Assembly (NCBI RefSeq): GCF_006345805.1
Contig: NC_043011.1
Coordinates: 38,018,464-38,082,463, forward strand
DNA: 64,000 bases
Direction: 5' to 3'
Source: Octopus sinensis
Taxonomy: Eukaryota
The notes under the pieces are model-generated. The model was given only the letters and a program-made list of their open reading frames with translations. It was not told the DNA's origin and did not search any database. Position numbers and translations under genes: made by a program. How positions within the stretch are numbered: position 1 is the stretch's first letter; each line of letters opens with the position of its first letter. This document shows positions 53,510-64,000 of the stretch, one piece after another.

Positions 53510-54633
53510 CATACGTACGAGTCGGTTGGACATCGTTTGTGAGAAAAATAACGCCACAATACAATATACTGTGCCAGAAATTTGGAAACAACATGATGTA
53601 ATGCTTGACATTCGTGCCCGAAGCTCCAGTACGAAGATTTCTAGAGTGTTTGAGTATCAATGTGAGGACAGTGCAGGGGATTCGAAAAAGGTTGCATGAG
53701 TCTAATGGTAGTTACGAAAGCACGTAAGTTCCAAAAACTCACTCTGATCATTCTGATAAGAAAAGAACTGAATTTGTTGGCAAGATCCAGGTCATGATTA
53801 ATCAGGTACATCGACAGTGACATGAGTGTGTCTGAATTTCTTATCAGGCTGGAAGTGCTTGAAGACAAGATGAAAGACCGTGCTACGAAGCTTTTGATCA
53901 AACTCAAGCATCCCCTGGAACCGAACAAGCTTGGCTTTTTCTCAGACGAAAAAATATTATGCCAGGATCAGATGAACACACAGAACAACAGTTGGCTTGC
54001 CGTGTCCCCAAAACATGTACCGAGAGTGATAAAAATCAAACATCCAGTCAACATCATGGTGTCTGGGGTGGCCACTAGTAATGGCGACGTTATGCCTCCA
54101 CTCATCTTCCCACACGGCCTCAGACTCAACACGGAGGCCTATATTAGGTGCCCGGAGGAGGTAGTGCTGCTCTGCTTCAAGGGAGTGGCTGCTGGAAGAC
54201 CCTATGCCTGGGAACAGGAGTCTGCACAATGCAACACAAGCAGCAGAACCCCGTCATGGCTGTCAGACAATTTCTACCACCACATCACACCTAGCATCTG
54301 GCCACCTAATTCCCCAGACTGCAACCACCTTGATTATTATGTGTTGGGCGCAGTTGAGCGAGAGACCGACAAAAGTCTTTGTATCACCAAAGATGAACTA
54401 AAGGAGAGGATTATGGCAGCATTTACCAACTTAAACAAGAATAATTGCAAAAGACTCCAAATTCGTCTGGAGGCTGTGGCTGACGCCAAGAGCGATTTTA
54501 TTGAATAAATTTACTCATTAGATTTTCAATATATTTTTATGTAATTTTGGTAAATGTATATGCTAAAACGAGATGTCAGTGTTATTTTCATTTTTGCATA
54601 ATTTAGACGACAATTTATTCACCGCATCTTGTA
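53510..54633 (+). mobile_element. DD37D (maT-type) Tc1/mariner transposon relic
   Basis: ORF 53822-54508 has FFSDEK, KHPVNIMV.G, W.Q(D>E)SA and WPPNSPDCNHLDY, with 37 residues between the second and third acidic positions. Right end reads ..CAATTTATTCACCGCATCTTG-TA. Confidence 0.88.
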
Positions 54634-55679
54634 TATTTACTTTTACGCCATCTCATTTCCAATAATGTAAGTCTACTTAGCAAATATCTTCTCTTTACTT
54701 AGACTAGTACCATAGAGTCTGTAACTAATCTTAATCATAACCCGAACTGTCTCTTCAGCTTGTTTAAATAATTAATATACTATTATACTTCGAATAATAT
54801 TTTGTTTCCATACCGCATAATTACATTTTAATTCTTATTTCTTCGGCGTAAAATATATTCCTGACTTTGCGTTTCTGTAAATATTTTACAGTAATTTAGA
54901 TATATTTGTGTTTATTATTACTATTATTTTTTAAATTTATATTAATAAACAAGGACCTGTTTGTCTTTCTATGCTTTCTGATCGATGGTATATAGAAATA
55001 TTTGCCAACATTTGATGACAACTGTGTTATTTTATTTGACTATGACTAAGTGTTAACCAATTTAAACCATCAGATGAGCAGTTGGTAGATTTATTAGAAT
55101 GTCTGCGGTAAAACTGTTTAATGGAATTTTTTCTGGCCCTTTATGTTCTGAGTTTTAATACCGCAAAGGTCAATTCTGCCTTTCATCCTTTGTCGGTGGC
55201 GATAAAATAAAGTGCTAGTAAAATACTAAGGCCGATGTAATCGAATAACCCATCCCACTTGACAACTGGTGTTGGTTTGTTTGCTTTTCGGCAAACGAGA
55301 CGGCCAGCACAAACGTTCCAGATTTCAAAATTAAGTACAGGAGTTGATTTATTCGACCAAGTACTTCAAGGGGGTGGTCCAGAATAGCCTCAGTCCAGTG
55401 ACTGAAGCCAGTAAAAGTGGTACATGCATATCTGCACAGACCATTCATAAAAGAGAAACAAAATTAAAACTATGGTATTAAAATCTTTACTCAGCCAAGG
55501 AATATTTTTCCTTACTTTAACCTTTCTCTTTTCATAGTTTTACAATCTATTTATTCACTTAACACACGGGTTAAGTTATTGTGACTCAGCATTCGGTTGG
55601 TGACAATGATAAAGACGTACAAAAATAATTTCAGTATGTATTTGCTAAGATAACTCATTATTAATTTCAATATATCCTC

Positions 55680-56775
55680 TGTGATACCCTGGAATATTGC
55701 TCTTTTAATAGGGATGGCTTTGGTTTTCATGAGTCCCTCTTTTAATTGGAACTGTAGCACTGTCTGCTTCATGGAATGTTTTATATATTTTATGATTATT
55801 GGTGCTAACTTGTTCATGGCTAGTGGGGAATGCTATCAAAAGCCTTTTGGTAATTGATCCAGGTCATACATAGACCTTTCATCTTTCTGCAGCTGTCTTC
55901 AGTTATGACTTTTGTATCATTAGCTGATCTGTACAGCCTATGAGCCTTTGCAGCATCCCTTCTGCTCTTCTGGAAACAGGTTGTTTTCTTTCAGATGCTT
56001 GCTCATTCTTTGCGATATTATTGCAGTAAATCCTTTGTAAATTGTAGGGAGACATGTTATAGCTTTGCAGTTTTGCAGGTTTGCCGTTTCAGTGGATTTG
56101 ACAACTTGCATAATTTCCCCTTCCGTAAACCATTGAGGTATTGTCTCTGTCTCTGCTACTATTTCATTAAATTTCTCAGCCAGCTTTTTATGTGTTTCTG
56201 TCAGACATTTTAACCAGAAGCTGGGGATTTTACTGTGCCCGAGTGCCTTCCAGTTGCAGTGCTTGAGTGATCTCTTCAGTTGTTAAAGGGGTCCAGAGTT
56301 ATTCAGGTACTGAATTCGTTGTTTTCATAGACCTTTTCTGATTTTGTTCCTTCGCCGACTATATTTCTTTCCAACATTCTTCCACTTCTTCCACTGTTGG
56401 TGCTGCATTTACTTATGATAGAATCTTTTGGGGTTGGATCTGAACTGTTTGTTTTATTCAAAGAAATGTTGTCGTTTCTCATATCGGCAGATTCTTTGTT
56501 CTTTGGCGAGGATATCGTACTTTAGTTGTTCTTTTACCTCAGGTAAACCTTTTTCTATAATTTTGTATTTGTACGAAATTTTTCTCTTGTTATTGCTTAG
56601 TAGTATTGATTGTCTACTAGTTTCGTTAAGGATTGACAGATCTTTTCTTTTGTTTTCTGTTTTCTCTGGATATTATTTATCCACAGGATTTATCTGGATT
56701 GTAGTACCCCTGTTTGGATCGATTTGAGGGAGTTTCCAACTCCTTATTATTTGGGCTTGAAGGAGTATCCAGCTT
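55680..56775 (-). mobile_element. Dong/R4-like LINE fragment (pre-RT region to RT motif 4)
   Basis: KIPSFWLKCL..IPQWFTEG..AITCLPTIYK..NLFPEEQKGC..IPIKRAIFQG. Abuts (CAT)/(ATT)n. Confidence 0.85.
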
Positions 56776-56781
56776 ATTATT

Positions 56782-56829
<48 letters not shown>

Positions 56830-56873
56830 GTCATCATCATCATCATCATTGTCATTATCATTATTATTATTAA

Positions 56874-56916
<43 letters not shown>

Positions 56917-56943
56917 TATTATTATTATTATTATCATTATTAT

Positions 56944-57235
56944 TCAGTAGTTCGATTTTTATAGCATGCTTTCACTTCACTACCGAGCGCAGCTGTGTGT
57001 GCCTTGGGTACATGCTGTGATTTGTTGTGATGCTGTGATGGTTACTGTATTGAAAGTGTTTTGCGTAGGATGTGTGCAGTGCCCCGTAGTACAATTATCT
57101 CTAGGTTATATGTGTTTGTAACTCCTGGTGTTTTTGTTATGCATTTGTCTGAATATTTTTTATCATACCTAATGCGCCTACTATAAGAGGAACTGTTTCT
57201 GTTTTCAGATTCCACATTCAAGTTACCTCTATTTC

Positions 57236-57237
<2 letters not shown>
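56944..57237 (-). mobile_element. Dong/R4-like LINE 3' end within (TAA)n
   Basis: EIEVT.MWNLKTETVPLIVGALGMIK..GTAHILRKTLS* followed by a 3' UTR ending CTACTG(AAT)n. TAA repeats lie on both sides. Confidence 0.88.
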
Positions 57238-57312
<75 letters not shown>

Positions 57313-57334
57313 TATTATTATCATTATTATTTTT

Positions 57335-58760
57335 ATTGTCTTTGCATGGTTTTCTTACGCTGGAGATGTACTACTGTGTACGCTGTCCGCTACCAGTGAA
57401 CTAAGGTAACACCTCTTATTTTTCGAGCACCGTCTGGAGTATTCCAATTGCCGATAATTTTGCTGGTTTCCTTCACTCGCCTAATTTAAATGACTAGTTC
57501 TGCCTGTTTTGGAGAGACTACTCTTCGTTTCAGTCCTTGCAACCATTCAGTATCTTTCTTGTGTTCCCTGTTTTGCTCTAGATGTCACTCAAAAACCTTT
57601 GATTTTAAATGTTATCTGGTATCTACTTTTCATTTGTACATTCTCCATTTATTTATTTTGCAAAATCTCTTCGGATCTACTCTGATTAACCTATTCTGCT
57701 AGTATCCCTTAATTATTTTGGTCGTATCTTGCCATCTTTGCTTTCTTTGCAATAAGGCGTTCTTTCAGTTCCACCGTAACCATTTTCAGGCCCCTTTTTT
57801 TTTTCAATATCATACTTCCTGTTCAGTGCTCTGTATTTTTGTTCGCATTTAATCTCCCCCTTTTCTTTTCGGTCTAACATATGTTTCGAGAGCATATCTA
57901 ACCCCGCCTGTATTCTTCTTTTCCTCGATGGATCTCTTCTTTCGTCACCCCCATTATATTTCTTTTTCTTGACACCAACACCCACATTTCCTGCTACTAC
58001 AATACAAGCTGATCAAATTATTAGTTTCTGTGATGATTTGTTTTCTGATGTATTACAGAATTTCATTCACATTTTTCGTTTCTTCCTTCAATTTCCTCCG
58101 ATCAAACTTTTTAAGTTTGCAAATAATGTTGCTATCGTTCTCCTGTAGCCTTGCCTTTTTTCTGTTATAGATTGCCTTTTGCCCATTTCTCATGTCACCA
58201 TTCGTTTTATTGTCATCTTCCAAACCATCTATATGTCTCTCATCGAGCAAGCTATCAATGTTCTTTTCTTGTGATTTATTAAGGATTTCACCTCTGTTTT
58301 CTGCTATGAGATTACTTTTTTCAATGGGAATTTTTTTTCATCGTTTCCTCTGCTACTGTTTTCAAATACACGTCTTTTGGTAGCTTCGAGCTCTACTTTT
58401 CTGAACCAACGACTTTTTCTTATTGCTCTAGCTTGATCACATAATCTCTGTTCCGTGATTTGAAACAATCTTCTTTCTCTCCATTGTCGGTATCCCCTAA
58501 TATGAACGCCATTTTCGTCTACAGGGTTGCTCAGGTAGTAACACTTCGTGACAAAAGCATTAACTTCTTCGTTGCTTCTCCATCTACGCCGTGTGTGCTG
58601 GTCCCTTGCTGGGTAACGACAGACTGGAGTCGAACCAGTATCTCTGAGCCTGCCGGCTTTAGTTTCATCAAGGGCCTCAGTTTCATTACCATCGTTATAC
58701 ACAGTATTTTGTTTTTTCATTGTCACTCATATGAGGTTGTGATTATCAGGTTGCGCAATC
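57335..58760 (-). mobile_element. Dong/R4-like LINE, 5' ORF region with large internal deletion
   Basis: RRRW..EEVNAFVTKCYYLSNP..GYRQ..ITEQRLCDQARAIRKSRWF..ELE and DRRKLKEETKNVNEIL..ETNNLI..KYRALNRKYDI. Ends in (TAA)n. Confidence 0.8.
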
Positions 58761-58897
58761 ACCAGTGATTTTATCGTGACACCATCACTTGATGTATCAT
58801 GAATCAGGATATTGGGAGATTCCAACTGCATCCTTCCATTATTACTATTATCATCACTGATATTATTTTTTTCCATTTTTTACTATTTCCCCACAAA

Positions 58898-59215
58898 ATT
58901 GTAGATATTAAAGTTTTTAAATTTTCTAGAGTTGTTCGCTTGTATGTCCGATCAGAGAAGACTATAGTGTTTTTCTTTTAAAAAGGATGTTTACATTTTC
59001 AAACAATCAGGGAGAAAGGAAAGGAAAGAAAAGGACAGTAAAATTTTCACAAGAAGTTGTAGATATTGAAGTTTTAAAATTTACTAAAGACGATCTTTGT
59101 ATATCCGAATAGTAGTGTTCTTAAAATAGAAAGTATATTTACATTTTCGAATAATCAGGGAGAAAGGAAAGGATATTGAATATTTTAAAGCTAATTGTTT
59201 GTGTGTCCGACAACT
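58898..59215 (+). repeat. Diverged tandem repeat, unit about 160 bp, about 2.3 copies
   Basis: TTGTAGATATT(A/G)AAGTTTT..TCCGA..TTTACATTTTC..AATCAGGGAGAAAGGAAAGG is repeated. Confidence 0.8.
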
Positions 59216-59277
59216 TACAGTTTCTTAACTTATTTCGAGGGAAATTTGAAATATTCACAGGAAATTGTAGGTATTAT

Positions 59278-59344
<67 letters not shown>

Positions 59345-60044
59345 CTCTTGCTCCCTAAACCATATCTGAATGGCTTTTTTTTAATCTTCCTCTTTGGAAC
59401 CTAACTACTGTAAAAAGAACATCCTCTCTATCATCTCAACAAAACTATTAACAGTTGATAATAATACCTGCAACATATACACCGAAAGTATATTGTTACA
59501 CTTGATAAAAAATTCACCTGATTCATATATTTATTGTAGCATATAATCTGTAATTGCTCAAGAAATATTCCTTCTTTGAGGGTCTGGTATATCCTAGTGA
59601 TAGTTCCATTTTTCGGTCAACTCCTGCTTAAAAGAACCAGTTGTTATAAGAATATGTCAATTTTAATGATAAATTATTAAAACACAATTTAACCGAATTT
59701 AGTTAAAAAATTAAAATCACATTGGTCATACGCTATTACTTCGAACTTGATCATAAGTCTCCTAAATCAGAAATTATATGCAACTAAACAACCACAAGAA
59801 AATCCATCAGATGAACATCAAACATTTTCACTATTTCATTTGGCACAAATTATTAAGAAAAACACACGAAAAAACAAACTCAAGTTTTAATGTAATGATA
59901 ATTAGAAATGGAATTAGAAGTAATTCTTGTAGCCGTATTTTTACTTTCAAAATTAGTTATGCATTTTCTTTGTCATCGGGTGTTTTCTCATATGTATTCG
60001 TGTGGCATAGAAAGATAGTAGTTAATACGATATTATAAGCTAAG

Positions 60045-60672
60045 TCGGCGAGCTTGCAAATTGGTTAACACGCAGAGCAAAATAATTAGCGACATTTGGT
60101 CCTAAATCTTGTTTGGGGTTCAAATTCCACCGAGGCCAACTCAGCCTCTCATCCACTCAGGATCGATAAAGTGAGTACCAGTTGAACATTGGGGTCGATG
60201 GAATCGATGTAACCCCTTCCCTCCGACATTTCTGGCCTTGTGCCAAAAATTGAAGCCATTCTTATGTACATTTGTCGGCGAGCTAGCAGTCTAGGGGACA
60301 TGCACGACGGCATTTCACCCATCCTTATGGTCTGACTTCAAATTATACCAATATAGACTTTGCTTTTCATCCTTTCAGGGTCGATAAAATAAATAACTGA
60401 TAAGCACAGGTGTTAAACGACTTAGCCTCTCCTCCGAAATTGGTGGCTGTGTGCCAAAATTTGAAACCGATATAAGATAAGGCAGCGAGCTGGCAGAATC
60501 GTTAGCACGCAGGGCAAAAGGTTTAGCGGCATTTTGTCTGTCCTTACGTTCTGAGTTCAAGTGCTACCGTGGTCGACTTTGCCTTTCATGCATTCCGATT
60601 CAATAAATACGTACCAGAAGCACTTGGGTTGATGAAATCAGCTTACCGCATCCTCCAAAATTTCTGGTCTTA
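60045..60672 (+). mobile_element. Three tandem old SINE copies (relatives of the 38022 family)
   Basis: GGCGAGCT heads at about 60047, 60277 and 60481, each followed by TTCAAATT..CTTT(G)CCTTTCATCC. Confidence 0.8.
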
Positions 60673-62774
60673 TTATAATATTATAATAAGCTAAAAAGAT
60701 TGATAGGAGGAGGATTATAAAAAACAGCAAAAGACGAAGATTGGTGGTGTAGACAACAAACAGATATATTAGCATAACGCTCAGGAAGTGTAAAAGTCTT
60801 TAATGTTTCGAGCCTGCGCTCTTCCACAGAAAGGAACAAATGAAGAAACAAGGAGAGAAAATAAAGAATGTGTAGTGGCTGGCGATCTATCATAGCGAAT
60901 GATACTTTATCACTCTCTATTCCCGGGCTTACAACAATTAATAGTTATGATTAACCCGCTTTTAATGTATTTGCATAGTGTATACAGGAAACATTTGTCA
61001 AATTCCTCCACTTGGGCTTTTAACGGAGGCAATTCCTATGAAGGCGAATTTAGTTGTCATGTCCAACAGGACTGACTTTGGCTCTTATAGGTGTATGTAA
61101 TATCGAACTCGTAACCAACTGGCTCAAAAACCATATGCAGTTAAAAGCTGATAAGATATTACTAAAGCATTGCAATCAGGCCAGACGAACGTGATTTAAA
61201 TATGGGCGTTTTATTAATGCAAAAAAATATCGTCAGCAGCAGCTGTGGCAGCAACAGCAACATAAATAATAAGAATATAACCAATATATTTATAAATCTG
61301 ATTCAAGTTTTTATGTCGGGAAATTGAAGAGAATGTTAAGGAAATTTATATATCAGTTGCGCTTCTTTATATATTGAAACAGAAGGTTATTGAAATATCG
61401 CACGATGTCTGTTGACGTTCAGTATCGAAACCGAAAGAAAAAAAAATAATAAAAAAATAAATAACTAAAACGTTATTTATAACCATCAACCATGAGAAAA
61501 CCTCTTTTCTTTAAGAATCGAAGAAAAGAGAAAGAGAATAACTGCCGCGTACTAAATTTCACTATTTTGAATATCTGGCTGATTTACAGGAATATTTTCG
61601 GATATTATCTGCCAAATAATGACTGAAAATACCCACTAGAGAATATTGATGATCCAGTAGTTAAATATTCTATGATATTGTTGTACTCCACATAGAAATG
61701 TCTCTCACGAGAATGGAATAATGTTACAGTTCAGAATAGATACAATATATATGTATATGTGAAGAAAGAAAAGTTATGGTAAGCAATGCTCTTAAGAGAC
61801 GAATCTTAAGAGTTTACTGATAACGTACAATAACAATGATGTTATGAACAATAATAGCATTGCCATTATACTGAACTTCCATACTTATTTATCTATAATC
61901 TACAGTTTTAGGGTCGGGGGAGAGTGACTTGTGAAAAGTTATTATTTCACAGAAATAGGCACGAGAAAGGTGTCTCAGAGGTTAACGTCGCAACTAATAT
62001 CTAATACTATTTCTTGAAAATTTAATATTTTACAATAACTTAACCCGTGTGTTAAGTGAATAAATAGATTGTAAAACTATATATCTCGCCTGAAAATGAT
62101 GTCCATACAATTCCAGCATGGCAATGTGGTTAAGACGTTTCCTTCGTTTTTATGATATTTTGTGTTCATTCTCCGTCGGTGACATTTAATGAAAACACAG
62201 AAATTGTTTAGATTATATTAGAAAGTTAGTGTTTATTTACCCAATATTAGTCTGTGTTCAGCAAACTATGGCTTATAGGAATTCGACATATCACACAGCC
62301 ATACATATATCTTCTCATCCTTTTGGTGGCGTGATAAGGAAGACGGCACGATATATAGTAATGCCTTGGGCATTTCAAACATGGTGGAACTCTCTTTGTC
62401 CGGGTCTGATCTTAAACAATATCTTCCCGCTCTAGGGTCAAGCGTGCCCATGCGGGTTTGATATTATGCTAAAAGAAACAATCGAAAACTAAATTATTGA
62501 ATGTATATTTGTTTTATAAAAGAGGTAATTTTTAGGAACTTTACGTCTGTTACTTATAGCTGGAGGAATGATCTCGCACGATCAAAGGTTAGTGAAATGC
62601 TACACTATGATAACCAATAGCACGTACGTGAACTAGAGTGATTAATGTTGAGTGACTCAGTCATGAACGTAATAGTGAAAAGGGAGTTAACTACACGCCA
62701 TTCATGGCTCTTAGAAACGTAAATAAGCCGCATATGTATTTTTTTACCCCAAAGCTTTACTCATACGATTTCTA

Positions 62775-62947
62775 TTATAGGCACACGGCCTGAAATTTTT
62801 GTGAGGAGGGAGATAGTCAACTAGATCTACCCAAGTACACAACTGGTACTTAATTTATCGGCCCCGAAAGGATGAAAGGCAAAGTCGACCTTGGCGGAAT
62901 TTGAAATCAGAATGTAACAGCAGATAAAATACTGTTAAGCATTTTGC
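62775..62947 (-). mobile_element. SINE fragment (38022 family relative)
   Basis: CCCCGAAAGGATGAAAGGCAAAGTCGACCTTGGCGGAATTTGAA. Confidence 0.82.
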
Positions 62948-63211
62948 ATACACACAAACACAAGGGCATGGGCAGATATTCCGTTGAGTTTAAGATGTAG
63001 AGTTTTTCTCTGATTTTTTTTCACAGTTTTGTTTAGTTGCTGAGTTAATTATGCCGTCCAATGAATGTCACTAAACATTAGTAAACTATTTCACCAGAAT
63101 ATTTCAGTTATTTCCGTTTTGTAGATATTTTTTTCAAAATAAGTTTAGGTTCTTTTAAACATTGAATAGTAATGTATATATATATATGTATATATATATA
63201 TATGTGTGTGT

Positions 63212-63401
63212 AGATCGTTAGCCACTACACACATTTTTTCTCTCCTTGTTTCTCACCTTGTGTTTTCTGTGTCCCTTTCTGTTGAAGAGCGTAGGCTCGA
63301 AACGTAAAAGACTTTTTCTATTCCTGTGCGTTATACTAATACATCTGTTTGTTCTGCACACCACTTGTCTTCGTCTTTTGCTTTTTTCGTAAACTCTCCC
63401 T

Positions 63402-63402
<1 letters not shown>
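63212..63402 (+). mobile_element. Short PLE-type repeat with variant hammerhead (other copies at 53328-53495 on + and 60690-60895 on -)
   Basis: Three aligned copies, inserted at TA-rich sites. Contains cttt-CTGTTGA-a-GAGCgtagGCTC-GAAA-CG-TA-aaag. Confidence 0.65.
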
Positions 63403-63447
<45 letters not shown>

Positions 63448-64000
63448 TGTATGTATATATACATAGATACATACTTACATACGTGGATACATATGTATAT
63501 ATGCGGTGCTATATGTGCATGTATGTAGGTGGATTATATATATTTGTGATTGATAGTGTAAATTCGACATAAAGTTAATTGCTTGAACTTTGATTATCAC
63601 ATATATTCATTTTTAAACGGTCGGCCATCATTGACTTTGAGAAGAAGGGAGACGAGTGTATGAGACGCGTGGCTTCTATCCTAAGGTTATTAACCGATCA
63701 AGTGAAATATGATTGGCAAAAGGGAGGATCAAATAGTGCAGCATAGATGCTGATCATCAGTTGTTTAACCTAGTCTCTGCATGAGTATGGAATGTTGCTG
63801 TAATTTTATTTTTGTAAAGGATGTGTGCGGTTCTGTGTGGTTGTATTTCTTTTCGTTATCTTGTGTGGATATTTTGTCGAAAGGATGGTGAACGAGTCAA
63901 ACATAAAATAAGTGAATGAGATTAAGAGATATATGGATAGCGTAGATGAAAAAGAAAATTGTTTTTTGAGATATTACGAAAGACAGAGAGGAAGAGAGAG

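Larger units (their letters stand above)
55534..62080. repeat. Perfect 49-bp inverted repeat pair (55534-55582 and 62032-62080)
   Basis: ATAGTTTTACAATCTATTTATTCACTTAACACACGGGTTAAGTTATTGT and its exact reverse complement. Confidence 0.9.

Overview
AT-rich, microsatellite-dense eukaryotic non-coding DNA with (TA)n, (CA)n, (GATA)n, (TAA)n and (CAT)n tracts. The SINE, mariner and Penelope repertoire looks like a cephalopod (octopus) genome; this is inferred from the repeat content, not from a search. I can support no intact host gene. The window is a mosaic of mobile elements: non-autonomous Helitrons (one carrying a piggyBac transposase fragment), a HERO-like and several Dong/R4-like restriction-endonuclease LINE fragments sitting in microsatellites, Penelope-like element (PLE) fragments, mariner/Tc1/DD37D transposon relics, three tRNA-derived SINE groups and a near-intact Crypton-type tyrosine-recombinase element (about 21.6-24.15 kb) with structured termini. 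The most notable observations are four. First, at least six unrelated sequence families carry minimal type-I hammerhead ribozyme motifs, three of them as tail-to-tail fold-backs. Second, the Crypton has an SH3-like N-terminus and patterned terminal hairpins. Third, a perfect 49-bp inverted pair 6.5 kb apart has a recombination-site-like core. Fourth, inverted duplications are centred on TA microsatellites. Most ORFs in the supplied track are microsatellite artefacts.
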